DNA from: an uncultured bacterium
Lineage (GTDB): Bacteria > Verrucomicrobiota > Verrucomicrobiia > Limisphaerales > UBA8199
Direction of reading: 5' to 3'
Length of the DNA: 64,000 bases
NCBI GenBank assembly: GCA_963749495.1
Contig: CAVVMW010000025.1
Location: forward strand, 13,378 to 77,377
This document shows, one piece after another, positions 41,993 to 53,309 of this stretch. The stretch's first letter is position 1. The number at the start of each line of letters is the position of its first letter. The notes under the pieces were generated by a model. The model was given only the letters and a program-made list of their open reading frames with translations, was not told the origin of the DNA and ran no database searches. A program made the translations under genes and the position numbers.

Positions 41993-42975
41993 CACCTGGT
42001 CCTCATAAACTTGTGGGTCAAATCCAGCGCCGAGCGGGTGAACGTCCACGCCTCGGTCTCCGGCAGGCATTTGGGATTGCCCGACTGCAGCCAGCTCTCG
42101 ATGACGAGCTGGTCCGGCCGGCCATCCACCATTGCATAGGCAACGCCTTGGTGCATGACGGCTATATACCAGGAGGATTCGTCGGCAAGGCCTTTGCGCT
42201 CTACCACGGGCAGGTCGGAAGCCCAGTAGATGAGGCTGAAGGGCAGCCTTCGCCGGCGGCAGGCCAGTTCGATCTGCCGCACCTCGCCCCAACAACCATG
42301 ATCCTGCACGATGAAGTTGGCCCAGTTCACGTCAAGCCGGTAGAAGTCCAAACCGCGCACGCCCATTTCCGCGAGCTCCCTCTGGAGGGCCTCGATCCAC
42401 CAGATATGGTCGGCCAGAGGGATGGACGGACAGGTCTCGATGTCGCCGATTTTGATCTGCGGAAAATGCCGGCGGACGAGGGCGATGTAGTTCGCCGTCT
42501 CCTGGACGGCGTAGTCGTCGGGCTTTTTGATGTGCAGGCGGCAGCAGAGCAGCGGCTCGTCCATCGCAATAGCGTAGAGATTGGCGCCGAGCTTCTGAAG
42601 CTGGTCCCAGATCGGCTCCTCGACATTGAAGCATGCCTCGCCGGTCTGGCCCCACGGCTTAATCGCGCCGACCTCCATCCCAAACTTGAGCTTCCACTCG
42701 TTCAACTGGCCGAACCACTTTCGCAGCTCGTCATCGGTAAATTGCCGCTTCAGGTTGTGATCGGCATAGAAAAGCACATCGATTAAGGATCGCGTCTCCT
42801 TCCACTCGTCCGGCTTTTCGAACAGCTCGCGGAAGTATCGCCCGTTGTCACAGCTCGGAGGTCCCATCCATACTTCCGGCCGCGCCTGGGGGGTCTGTGC
42901 CCGGCAGATGCCGACGCTGGCGCACAGAGTCAGGGTCATGGCAAACAAGCGGAGGCGCTTTCTAGGTTTGTGCAT
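41992..42975 (-). CDS. Secreted hypothetical protein (possible TIM-barrel hydrolase)
   Basis: Signal peptide; IAMDEP; coupled to the downstream gene. Confidence 0.6.
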   Translation of the reverse strand: MHKPRKRLRLFAMTLTLCASVGICRAQTPQARPEVWMGPPSCDNGRYFRELFEKPDEWKETRSLIDVLFYADHNLKRQFTDDELRKWFGQLNEWKLKFGMEVGAIKPWGQTGEACFNVEEPIWDQLQKLGANLYAIAMDEPLLCCRLHIKKPDDYAVQETANYIALVRRHFPQIKIGDIETCPSIPLADHIWWIEALQRELAEMGVRGLDFYRLDVNWANFIVQDHGCWGEVRQIELACRRRRLPFSLIYWASDLPVVERKGLADESSWYIAVMHQGVAYAMVDGRPDQLVIESWLQSGNPKCLPETEAWTFTRSALDLTHKFMRTR

Positions 42976-43012
42976 AAATTCTTATCGATTCAGAGTGGGA
43001 ATTCGTTTCAGC

Positions 43013-45250
43013 TCACAAATTCGTGCCGCTGACTTTCGCCCAAGGCGAGAACGCACCCATCGCGTGCTGCCGGATCTTGCGCTTCCAAATTCTGTCTCCG
43101 CAGAAAGCAAACAGTGTGTCCTTGTCCGGGCCGCCGAGGGCGACACCGATGACACGACTGCGGTCGGGTACGGGGAGAATGACTTGCGTCGGACCGTCGT
43201 CGGCGCTGATTTGGACGCCGGTGCGTGTGGCGATGAACTGGCGGCCTTCAATGGAGTAGCAGATACTCTCCGGGCCAGCGTCGTCGTCCCAATCGGCGAC
43301 GAATAAATGGAAGAACCGCTCTTTGTTGCTGAGTGTGCCGTCGGCCTTGATCTGGTAGCTATAAACCCATTTCGAGTGGCCTTCGGCAACCGAGAGCAGC
43401 CATTGGTCGGGCCGGTAAGCCATGCCAGTGGCGAACTTGATGCCGCTGTCCACCAGCGTCTTCTTGCCATCCTTAATCAGCCAGACGGTGCCGGGCAGGT
43501 TGGCTCTTCCGTCGTTGCTGGTGACGTAAAGGCCGCCATCCGGGCGCGCGAGGATCGAGTGACCGACAATCCCATCCATCACAACGCTGGCTTTGCCTGT
43601 CGCATCGTAACGCATGACCTTGCCGGATTTCTCTGAAATAGCGAACAGGGTGCCATCCACGCCGACGGTGACGCAGTGGGCTTGCGCGGCGTCTTCGGCA
43701 AAGACACTGACTTTTCCACCGAGGCCGATGCGGTGGATCTTGTTCGCAGAGGTGTCAGCAAAGAAGACCTCGCCGCTCGCGTTGCACGCCGGGCCGCGCG
43801 TGCTCTTGAAACCTTCGGCGACCAGTTGCCAATCCTCGCCCGGATTCAAGATCTCCTGGGCGCGCGGCGCGCTGGGGCCGGCCTTCACGCGCTCGGGCCA
43901 ACCCCGCCACAGATAGGCCATCGCCTCCCGCCAATGCTCGAGGTACCCGGCGACATGGGGGCCATCAATGACGCGGAACTGGTACTCGTAGCCGGAGAAC
44001 TTCAGCGCTTTCTCCATCTCCTGGTCGAGCAGAAACCAGTCGCCCGCGCAGTTCTCCATGTCGTGCGTCGCCGTCGTGAGAAAGGCGCGGATCGGCTTTG
44101 CCTCAAACTTGCGCACCATCGTCGGGAACTCGTGCCCGCTGCGGAAGGCGACCCAACTCCCGCTCGCTGCATACACCCGGCTGAAGGCCTCGGGCCGGTT
44201 CCACGCCGCGGTGAATGCCGCGATGCCGCCGCTGCTGCCGCCGGACATGCAACGGTCATTGCCGTTGGTCGAGAGGTTGAGTCGATACTCCTTGGCCACG
44301 AAAGGCAGCAGTTCCTCGATCAGGAATCGTACGTTGTTGTCGCTGACGCCGTCGTATTCGAAGTCGCGGTTGCGCCGGCCGAGGGTGCCTGGCATCGGCG
44401 CGGGCAGGTCACCGGGCCGCACGAACACGCCGATCGTCACAGGCATTTCCTTCGTCGCAATCATCGTCTCCAGGAGCATCTTTTCGCGTGGGTTAAAGCC
44501 GTCGGTCCTCACGTAAACGCACGCGGGCAACCTGCCGTCGTATTGAGCCGGGATGAACACCGTGACCTCGCGCACCGTGCCGGGAAAGATCTTGCTCTGA
44601 GTGAAAGTGAATTGCTTCGTCATGCCCGGCAGAATGTCCTCCGGCTTGATGGCGGGCGGCTCGTGTTTCGGTATGGAATTCGCCGTCTGCCCCTCGGCAA
44701 CGCCGCTGCCGGCGAGCGGACGGATGAACCACTGCAAGTGCAGGTCCGTTGCCTGGTAGGTCCAGAGGTCAATCTTCGCGCCGGCGCTCCGCTTCCCGCC
44801 GAAATGGTCGAGGCCCAGGCCCGGGGCGTGTTTCGGGATGAGCGCGTAGCTGCCGTTCTCGTGCTTCGTCAACGCCCAGAGTTGCGAGGGCTTGCCGCTG
44901 TCCTTCTCCAGGACAATGGCCGTGCCAATATTGGTGCCGCTCCGCGCCGCTGTGAGCGCGAGCGACGGTTCGTGCGCGGGCTTCACCTCGAAAAACCCTG
45001 CCTCCTTCGCCACGACAATCCATTTCTGGTGCGGTTTGCCGGCCGGGCCGTTGATCGAGACGGCCGTGCCGTCTGCGGTGCCGCCGTCCACGGCCTCGAG
45101 CACGAAGTCCTGCGCGCTGGCCGGCACGAGGCTATAAGCGCCCTGGTCTTCAACTGCGGCGCCGGTGGTGAGTGCGGCGAGAACCAGCGCCGTGACGAGC
45201 AAGAATGATCTCATAACCGGCATCGTATCGAACGATCCGAAAAGGGTCAC
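43013..45250 (-). CDS. Ricin-type lectin + esterase + SMP-30/gluconolactonase fusion
   Basis: QKW/QLW/LQW repeats; GGSSGG and GPH; C-terminal beta-propeller. Confidence 0.8.
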   Translation of the reverse strand: MTLFGSFDTMPVMRSFLLVTALVLAALTTGAAVEDQGAYSLVPASAQDFVLEAVDGGTADGTAVSINGPAGKPHQKWIVVAKEAGFFEVKPAHEPSLALTAARSGTNIGTAIVLEKDSGKPSQLWALTKHENGSYALIPKHAPGLGLDHFGGKRSAGAKIDLWTYQATDLHLQWFIRPLAGSGVAEGQTANSIPKHEPPAIKPEDILPGMTKQFTFTQSKIFPGTVREVTVFIPAQYDGRLPACVYVRTDGFNPREKMLLETMIATKEMPVTIGVFVRPGDLPAPMPGTLGRRNRDFEYDGVSDNNVRFLIEELLPFVAKEYRLNLSTNGNDRCMSGGSSGGIAAFTAAWNRPEAFSRVYAASGSWVAFRSGHEFPTMVRKFEAKPIRAFLTTATHDMENCAGDWFLLDQEMEKALKFSGYEYQFRVIDGPHVAGYLEHWREAMAYLWRGWPERVKAGPSAPRAQEILNPGEDWQLVAEGFKSTRGPACNASGEVFFADTSANKIHRIGLGGKVSVFAEDAAQAHCVTVGVDGTLFAISEKSGKVMRYDATGKASVVMDGIVGHSILARPDGGLYVTSNDGRANLPGTVWLIKDGKKTLVDSGIKFATGMAYRPDQWLLSVAEGHSKWVYSYQIKADGTLSNKERFFHLFVADWDDDAGPESICYSIEGRQFIATRTGVQISADDGPTQVILPVPDRSRVIGVALGGPDKDTLFAFCGDRIWKRKIRQHAMGAFSPWAKVSGTNL

Positions 45251-45271
45251 CGCTGAAGTGAACCGTCCGCT

Positions 45272-45870
45272 CTAGTATTACTCTGTTAAGTAGTAACAGG
45301 CAAAAAGTCTTTAAATTCCGTCAGACAGCAAGGACAGAAGCCGCGCGAACGCACGATCAACGGCCTCATCTCTCGCAGTGCCTGTTCCCACGTGAGGCCA
45401 GAAGTTTTTTTTAGTGCGCAAGTAATCCAGCACCACATAGAGGTAAGCAATAGCCGACATCACCAGGTGATGGTGAAACCCACGCCAACTGCGTCCCTCA
45501 TAATGATCTAATCCCAGGTCGTCCTTGCCTCGCTGGAAGTATTGCTCGATGGGCCAGCGTCCGCGGCTCAAGCGCAGGCTCCGACCCTTGCTGGGGGCTT
45601 GCTTGAGCCAGGCCACGTATAAGTGGTACGGATCGGCCTGGCCCTCCGGCCAATCAACCACCAGCCAACATGCCGACCAATGTCCGGTCTGCTCGTCCAG
45701 GTCACTGTTGAGATAAATCTGCCGCCAAGCCAACCGCGTCGTGCGTCTCTCGCCACCTGCTGCGTCCCAAGCCGCACCGTGCCATTGCGTCATAGGGCCG
45801 GTCAGCCGCTTCAGGTCTTAGAAAGCCGCAGATGGCAAGCGGTGCCTGGAGGAAAGCGCCAGATCGCTTG
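45272..45870 (-). mobile_element. IS701-family transposase remnant (3' part)
   Basis: RWPIEQYFQRGKDDLGLDHYEGRSWRGFHHH. Confidence 0.8.
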
Positions 45871-46039
45871 AAAGCTACCCATATTGCTGCTCATCGTCAA
45901 AATACTACGCCCGCGTCCGCTGGCACCATCGCAGCCTGTCGTCTCCGATTTGGGGATAAACATCAATAAGCGCCAAAGGACAGTTTCTTCCCGGCCTCCC
46001 GCGACGGAACCTGAACCTGAGCCGTCCGAAGACCGCGCC

Positions 46040-46560
46040 TTAGTCCTTTCGATACCACGGTAGCCGGCTTAACGATGCGGGCACCTCGATACGACACGGG
46101 CCCGTTACGGTGCTGCCCTCGTCGCCTTTCCACGTTCCGGGTGGGAACTGGATGGTCCGGCGGACTGCCCCTTTCTCCTGCACCGGCGCCACCAAGATCC
46201 TGGGTCCCAGAAGGAACTCGTCGGTGATGCCCGCGTAACCCAGCCCCGGATACTCATACTCCAGAGCTCGCACGATGGGTTCGCCCGTCTTCGCCGATTC
46301 ACGGGCCAGGGCCAGGATCTCCCCGCCCAAACGCGTGTGCAGCTCAGCCATGCGCCGACAGATGGCCAGGTTTTCCCTGTTCAGGACGCGCCAGGGGGCG
46401 ACGGAGAACTGCATCATCGGCATCAGGGCGTGGCAGTGCGCGGCCCGCACAATCAGTTCCTGGTCCACGTTCGTGAGGTCGAGAAACGACAGGTAGTCAC
46501 CTCCGCCGATCAAGTCCGGGCAAGTGAACGGATAGCCCATGAGGCCTTGACCGATGCTTT
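46040..46560 (-). pseudogene. GH31 glycosidase C-terminal fragment
   Basis: GYPFTCPDLIGGG, PMMQFS, GEPIVRALEYEYP, FLLGPRILVAPV. Confidence 0.75.
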
Positions 46561-46938
46561 GGGATGGCGGGCGATCTTGGCCGGTATGTCGGCAAAGAAC
46601 CGGCGGTCAAGCGGATCGGGAAACCGGTAATTCGCGAGCGTCGGCTCCGGCAATACGCAGCCTTCGACGATGCCGATGTCCTTGTCCACGCTGCGGTCCC
46701 ACACGACGCCGAATACATCCCGCGTCCGGTTCTCTCCAAGGTCCTCGAAGAAGCCGATGGCGGAGCCAAGTTCGAGAATGTGATTATCGATGGCGGCTTC
46801 GGCCGCATTCTCACCGCCGAAGTGGTCGGTGAGCATCGCCCAGGGCTCCTTGGTGAATTGGAAATGCCACGGGACATAAGGTGGATGCCTGCCCTCGAAC
46901 ACCAGTCGAACGACATCGCGTTTGCTGAAAGACTTCAT
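46560..46938 (-). pseudogene. Uroporphyrinogen-decarboxylase-family N-terminal fragment
   Basis: RDVFGVVWDRSVDKDIG..YRFPDP, cut after about 125 aa. Confidence 0.65.
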
Positions 46939-46956
46939 GAGAATCTTGTGGGTTCA

Positions 46957-48583
46957 CTAGAAAAATCGGATATAGAGCGCGAGCACACAAAGGACGAGCA
47001 CTGTGGCCCAAAGCCCAAACGAACGCCACCATGGGATGGAGCGCACGAAGTCGGCGACTTCGGGAGTGAACGACCGGTCCACGATGGCCTGGGCGGGAAC
47101 CTCGGGCGAGCGGGTGCGGAAGACCCAGAGGATTAGCCACGCGAAGGCAAAGTCAATCACCGCGCGCGTCAGGAACGCAACCGTTGGCACCCACTTTAGG
47201 TTCTCGGCCAGGGTAAAGCAGATGGCCCAGACGGGCCCGGCGATGATCGCAATGAGACTGCCTTTGGCATTGGCTCGGCGGTAGAAAAACCCGGCCAGGA
47301 ACAGCGCGCACACGGAAGGATACGCAATGGACCAGTATTTTTGGATATAAATGAAGATTCCTTTGAGGTCGCGCAGGAAAAAGCCCACTACGACCGCCAC
47401 GATGAGCACCAGTGTCGTCGCCACGCGGCCGACCCGCACGAGGTTGGCGTCTTCGCCGCCCTTGCGGAAGTACTGCTTGTAGATGTCGAAGGTGATGATG
47501 GAGGAGCTGGCGGCGAGCATCGAGGCGATGTGGGACATGACGCACCCGACCAAGCCCGCCATCACCAACCCGGTGCAACCGGCCGGGAGCAACTGCTTGA
47601 CGAGTGTCGGGAACGCCAGGTCGCCCCTTTGCAGGACACAGGCGTCGCGCAGCAGTCCCGGTGGCGGGATTGTACAACCGGAACGCAATGATGCCCGGCA
47701 GGACCACCAGGACGGGCACCAGCAGTTTCAAGAACCCGGCGAAGACCGCGCCCATCTGCCCGTGCCACACGTTGCGGGCCGAGAGCGAGCCCTGAGTGAT
47801 GAACTGGTTGCAGCCACAGTAGAATATATTGGCTAGCCATAGCCCGCCGAAAAACACGCCGATCCAGGGCAGTTCCGGGTCGTTCCAGGGCCGTACCATG
47901 TGGAACTTCTCAGGCGCACCCGCGACGATGGCCTGCAAGCCGCCCCAGGCGCCATTACCGAATCCTGGCGCGAGCCGGCCCACTTGCTGCAAGCCCAGCC
48001 AAGTGACCAGCAATCCGCCCACCACCAGTACCGTCACCTGGATGATATCCGTATAGGCCACGGACTTGAACCCGCCGTAGATGGCATAGGCACCCGCCAA
48101 CCCGAAGATCAGAAGCCCGTATTCCAAGCGCAGCCCGAAGATGGAGTGCACCGCGAGGGCTCCTGTGTAGAGTACCGCCGCCAATTCGATCACGATATAA
48201 CCGATGAGGCTAATGATCGCATAGACGAGCCGCACCCGGTGATCAAACCGCCGTTCCAGGAATTCGGGCATGGTCGTGATTCGAGTCTTGAGATAGTACG
48301 GCAGGAAGAACTTCGCGTACAAGATCAGGGCCAGCGCTGCCATCCATTCGAAGCTGGCGATGGCCAGGCCGACATCAAAGGCCAAGCCTGACATCCCGAT
48401 GAAATGATGCGTTGAGATATTCGCTGCGATCATCGATCCGCCGATCAACCACCACGTCAGGTTCCGGCTCCCCAGGAAATAATCGTCGGCCTTCTTCTGG
48501 CGGCGCGACGCGACGAACCCGACGGTGGTAACCACGGCCAGGTAGATGCCGAACACTATCAGATCAGGATTGAGGCGAGGCAT
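46957..48583 (-). CDS. Sodium:solute symporter (frameshift near 47670)
   Basis: YFLGSRNL, AANISTHHFIGMSG, TMPEFLERRF, YGGFKSVAYTD. Confidence 0.88.
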
Positions 48584-48624
48584 TCGGCTCCTTCTATGGC
48601 AGCGGCGATTGGGCCGGTTGGTTT

Positions 48625-49909
48625 GGTTCATCCGGGAAGTATGTAACTGAGTTATTTGGATAGGATTTGAGGATGAGTGAATGTAACATCTGGAAATGAG
48701 TCAAACGTTGCTGCGGAGAGCCTTTGGCGTGAGCGGGTATTACCAGCATGTACGCACCGATTTTCTCTGGGGCGGGGTGCAGTTTTACTTAGACCTCAAG
48801 GCCGAGGCGTTAGTCTGTCCGCAGTGTGGGTTGGCCGATGAGGTGATCCGGAAAGGTAGGCGGTGCCGTTGCCTTCACACCGTGCCGATCGGCCTAAAAC
48901 CCGTTTACCTGCTCACGGAGGTGGCGCGTTGCCAGTGTCGGCGCTGCCAAGCCATCTTCGAGGTCCACCCCCCTTTGCCCGGGCGCAGGTGCGCTATGCC
49001 CGCAAGCTCGAAGAGCTCGTGGAGCAGTTGAGCCGGGTGATGACCTTGCGCGATGTGGCCGAGTTGACAGGGCTGTGTTGGGATGCGGTGAAGGAGATCG
49101 CCAAGCGGCGGCTACGGCGCGACTATGGGCACATTGCCTTGAAGGGCGTGCGCTACCTGTCGATCGATGAGATTTACGTGGGCAAGCACCGAGGCTACTA
49201 CACGCTGGTCCTGGATTTGGAAAGCGGGCGGATCCTCTGGGTCAGCCCGGGGCGCGGCAAGGCCGGTTTACAGGGCTTTTGGCGACGTTTGCGCCGGAGC
49301 CGGGGCCAGGTTCGGGCTGTGGCCATGGATATGAGTGGGGCGTATTGGGCGGCCGTGCTGGAGCAGTTGCCTGGCGTGGCGGTGGTCTTCGACAAGTTTC
49401 ACGTGATTCAGTTGATGAACAAGCGGCTTGATGAACTACGCCGGGAACTGGTGCGCGAAGCGGAGGGGCCGTTGAAGCTGGTGATCAAAGGCACGCGATA
49501 TCTGCTGCTGACGCGGGCGGACAACTTGGAGGCGGATCAACTCCCGAAGCCGGAGCGGGCGCTCAAACTCAACGAACCGCTCTCGCAGGCGTGGTATCTG
49601 AAGGAGGAGTTGAGCTTGCTCTGGGAGCAGGAATCCTATGCGGCGATGAACCGCTTCTTGAATCAATGGTGCGAGCAGGCCAATCAGACCGGCGTCAGGC
49701 AGTTGCGGCAGATGGCCAAGACCCTACAGGTGCATCGGTCAGGCATCTTGAGCTGGTGGCGGCACCCGATCAACAACGGGCGCATGGAGGGTACGAATAA
49801 CAAGATCAAGATACTCAATCGGCAGGCGTACGGCTATCGCGACGAGGATTTCTTCATTCTAAAGCTGCTTGGACTCCATGAATCCAGGTACACACTTACC
49901 GGATGAGCC
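48625..49909 (+). mobile_element. ISL3-family element (transposase 48696..49906, frame change at CCCCCCTTT near 48975)
   Basis: Inverted repeats ggttcatccgggaagtatgta / tacacacttaccggatgagcc; SIDEI, AMDMS, DKFHV, EGTNNKIK. Confidence 0.9.
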
Positions 49910-49932
49910 TGAAAACGGCCAAAATCGGCTTA

Positions 49933-51825
49933 GCGCCGGTGCAAAAATTAATTCCGATTTAATCTCGGGAAGAGCGTGTAATTCCATTCGGGCAAAACGT
50001 TGTGTTGGAGTAGATCCAGGCTGCCCATTTCCTTATCGGAGACTTTGATTTTGGTGGCGTAGCGTGTCCCGCTCAAGGCGCATTTGACCTGCAACCCGGT
50101 TCGGGTTCGCGTTCCGGCAATCAGGCGCACAATGGTGGCATAATCCGTGAACGGCTGGCCCGCGCAGTGCTTGCTTATTTCGCTGAAGACCCGGTGCTCG
50201 ATCGGGTTCCACTTGGAGGCGCCGGTGGGATAATGAGAGACGGTCACCGTCAGCGCGTAAGGATCAACCAACTTTTCTTGCAGGGCGTATTTCCAGAGCC
50301 GACAGCGCGCGCCGTTGCTGCCACCGCTGTCGGCCAGGACGAGCAACTCCGCTGCCTGGGGATAACGTCGCCGCCCCTCGCCACGCCACCAGTCCACGAG
50401 GGCATCCACCGCGAACTCCGGTGTGTCGTGGGAAGTGCCCACCAAAACTGAGCCCCGATTGGCCTGCACATCATAGAGGCCGCGGGGAATGGCGACGCCG
50501 CTGGCCAGCGAAGGAAAATCGTGGTCGTTGACCAGCAGCGGCTCCCGACTCCATATCCGGCCAGGATTTTTGAACCGACCGACCTGCTCCTTCTTCTTGG
50601 TGTCCACGCTGACGATGGGCAGCCCCTCTTGGGTGAACTGCTCACGCTGGTAGCGGATGTATTGGAACTGGCAGTCGCGGTGTGGACTCTGCGGACCGGA
50701 CAGACTTTTGCGGTTGGCGTGCAAGGCGTAGCCCAGTTCGTCCAGCAACCGTCGCACGGTGTTGGGACAGACCGACAAGCCCAACTGCTGCAAATGACTG
50801 CTGATCTCCTCCAGGTGCTGGCCGGTCTACAGGCCCCGCCGTCCCATCGGATCGCCGGCCGTGTCCTCGCGCAGCAACCGCCGCAGTTGGCTCAGGATGT
50901 CGGGTGTTTTTTTTCGACCCGCGGCCGCCCCGCGCCAGCCCGACGCACCCGTTCTCGGAGCACCTGGCCACTCAACAGCTCAACCCGGCCCCGCGCGACG
51001 GTGTCCACATCCAGCCCGAACAACTGGGCCATCCGTTGATCCCCGCCATGGCCCCATTCCAAGCTCTCCAGCCCGGCGTAAAGCCGCCGCTGCTGTTCGT
51101 CCAGCAGACTATGAAAGAGCACAATGGCCGCCTGCAAATCGTCCTCCGGATGTTGCTGTGCCTGCCGCGCCGCCCACTGCTGCTGCTGCCGCCGCTCGCG
51201 GTCCACCGCGCAATACAGGTAGCGGTCCTCCCACTGCCGGCGATAGAGCCGGCCGCGTTGCACCAGTTGCCGCAGGGCGTCTTTGGCCGCTACGTGAACC
51301 ACCGCTTCCAGTTCGTCGGTGAAGTATCCCGCCGGGGCGTTGCCCACCAGTGTCGCCGCCGTGTCCAGGAGCGTGCCGTCCCGGGAAGAGTGGATGTCGC
51401 GATAGGACCACAGGCCCAATTCGTCGTAATGAGCGATGCTGTCCAGAGTGTAATAGGCCCCGCGGTGGGAGTAGCTGGTCCGATACGGCAGCGTCGATAA
51501 TTTGCGGAACACGGTGACATCGACGGCGGTGCCCAGAGTGGTTTTAAGCTGGGGCAGCGTGGCGACTTTCGCGTCTTGGAAAAAGGCTTCCAGGCGTTGG
51601 GCGGAGAAACGGATTGGTTTCATAATGTTAGAATAACGCCTTTAGGCGCCTTGTCGAGCGTTATTCTAACATTCTGAGCTAAGGATGGACCCGGCAGGGT
51701 AGCACCGTTCAGGCATTTATTTGCAGGCATCGCGCACGACGGCCTCGATCCTGCGCACCCGTGGAATGGCTCACGTAATTGTTTGAATTGCGCCTAAAAC
51801 ACGGAAGTTATTTATGCACGAACCC
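49933..51825 (-). mobile_element. ISAzo13-family element (transposase 49948..51623, frame change at an A8 run near 50910)
   Basis: VSVDTKKKE, ADSGGSNG, SKWNPIEHR; ends gtgcaaaaattaattccg / cggaagttatttatgcac. Confidence 0.9.
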
Positions 51826-52361
51826 TAAGCGCGCAGAACTGATTCGCCCAAGCCACGCGAGCCGCTGTGGATTAGGACCTCCAGTTGCTGTTTGCCCAGA
51901 CCCAATCGCCTGAAGGCTGCTGCGCCCAGGACGGCCTCGACCTTCTGCAGCTCAGCGAAGTGATTACCGCTGCCGATCGTCCCCAACGCTTCGTCGAACT
52001 CCGTGGATTCAAGCTCCGCCGCGGCGAGAACCTCGCCCACATCGCCTTCCCAAGGATGCTCCAGGTCAAAGCGAAGGTCGGCCCAGCGGCTGAGCTTGAT
52101 GTCGCGCTGCACCAGGTTCGTTTTGAACAGGGCCATGCCGCAACCGATGTCGCCGCCGATGAGGTGAGGATAAATAACGCCCTCGGTGATAAAGGCGGCG
52201 CCCACCGGACTGCCTTTGCCCGGATGCAGGTCCGGGAAACCGACGGCGAGCCGCACGCCTTCGAGTCGTGCAGCCGTGTAGAGCTGGCGAACCGCTTCGC
52301 CCTCGATCCAGCTATTGGCCGAAGCGAGGAGGCGCACGTTCGTTTCCGTGAGTGTGTTCAT
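51826..52361 (-). pseudogene. rtcB: RtcB-family RNA ligase (RtcB2/PrfH-associated type), truncated by ISAzo13
   Basis: SWIEGEAVRQL, FPDLHPGKG.PVGA, GGDIGCGM, LGTIGSGNHFAELQ, IHSGSRGLG. Confidence 0.88.
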
Positions 52362-52452
52362 GCTTCCTTTCGTGCCCGCCAGAGCGGGATTGAGTTTTGG
52401 GATGGGCCGCATGCTGAGTTCACAATTCCGCACTCCGCATTCCGCATTCAAA

Positions 52453-52527
52453 TGGTCCCCGAGGTTGGTATCGCGCCAACGTCTCCTCCTCTTCAGGGAG
52501 GCGCTAATCTGCCTCAGCTACTCGGGG
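52453..52527 (-). tRNA. tRNA-Phe(GAA), non-canonical
   Basis: Acceptor ccccgag/ctcgggg; cctcc-ctGAAga-ggagg; T-loop cgcgata; CCA. Confidence 0.85.
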
Positions 52528-52639
52528 CGAAAACCAATCAGAGAATCAATGAATCACTGAGTTTGTCACTGGCAGCCGGCACAGCAACGAGTTCTGCCAC
52601 TCACTGATTCACTGACTCCATAACTCTCTAATTGAATTC

Positions 52640-52713
52640 TGGTCGTCCCGGCAGGTAATGCTCCTGCGTCGCCCGGTTATCGACCGGGTGCTCTGCTATT
52701 GAGCTACAGGACG
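52640..52713 (-). tRNA. tRNA-Ile(GAU), non-canonical
   Basis: cgtcctg/cgggacg; cccgg-tcGATaa-ccggg; T-loop agcatta; CCA. Confidence 0.85.
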
Positions 52714-52718
52714 GAAAG

Positions 52719-52806
52719 TGGACCCAGAGGCGGCCGTTTAAGGACCCCTCGCGACGGCTTCTTTGCGGCTAATCGACGAACGCTACGTTCCGCGTCCTCT
52801 CCGTCC
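52719..52806 (-). ncRNA. Candidate structured small RNA ending in CCA
   Basis: 5' ggacggagagg pairs with 3' cctctgggtcc(a); internal hairpins. Confidence 0.35.
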
Positions 52807-52810
52807 TCAC

Positions 52811-52954
52811 TCAGAAGCTTTTCAGTCGAGGACCGCCTCGTGCGGGGCGCACCACCAACGTAACCTTCTGTGCCGGTCGAACCCGAATGCCCCGATTTGG
52901 TTTGCAGCGCTTGCGGAAGAGCAACTGACTGCGGTAACGGATCACTGGTTTCAT
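52811..52954 (-). CDS. Small basic protein (47 aa) inside the tRNA array
   Basis: GGGAG Shine-Dalgarno; MKPVIRYRSQLLFRKRCKPNRGIRVRPAQKVTLVVRPARGGPRLKSF. Confidence 0.45.
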   Translation of the reverse strand: MKPVIRYRSQLLFRKRCKPNRGIRVRPAQKVTLVVRPARGGPRLKSF

Positions 52955-52997
52955 GGCTACTCCCTTCGTCCTGGTCCGCTGGGCAAGCCGCAACGGT

Positions 52998-53186
52998 TCA
53001 GATCCGCCACAGCCACCGTTCCGCGGGACGACTTTCGTCAGCCTGGGAGCGGATGGCAGCGTGGTCAGGTTTCGACACCATCGGAAGGACTTGTCGGTCC
53101 TTCTTGGTGAGATTCTCGGGGTCCTGCGAAGCCGGTTTCTGGGGTTTGCTCCGCAGCCACTGCGGCAGGTATTGGGCGATGGTCAT
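52998..53186 (-). CDS. Small protein (62 aa) inside the tRNA array
   Basis: AGGAGA Shine-Dalgarno; MTIAQYLPQWLRSKP...RPAERWLWRI. Confidence 0.5.
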   Translation of the reverse strand: MTIAQYLPQWLRSKPQKPASQDPENLTKKDRQVLPMVSKPDHAAIRSQADESRPAERWLWRI

Positions 53187-53214
53187 AGCAGTCTCCTGGG
53201 GTTGAGGGTGGAAA

Positions 53215-53303
53215 TGGCGGAAGGCCCGGGTAACGCTCCCGGCTCCGGTGATCGGACCCTGTTTTCGAGACAGGTGCAGCCAGCTTATATCTGCCTGCCT
53301 TCC
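53215..53303 (-). tRNA. tRNA-Ser(CGA), non-canonical
   Basis: ggaaggc/gccttcc; cctgt-ctCGAaa-acagg; long variable arm; G73; T-loop agcgtta. Confidence 0.85.
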
Positions 53304-53309
53304 GCAGGA

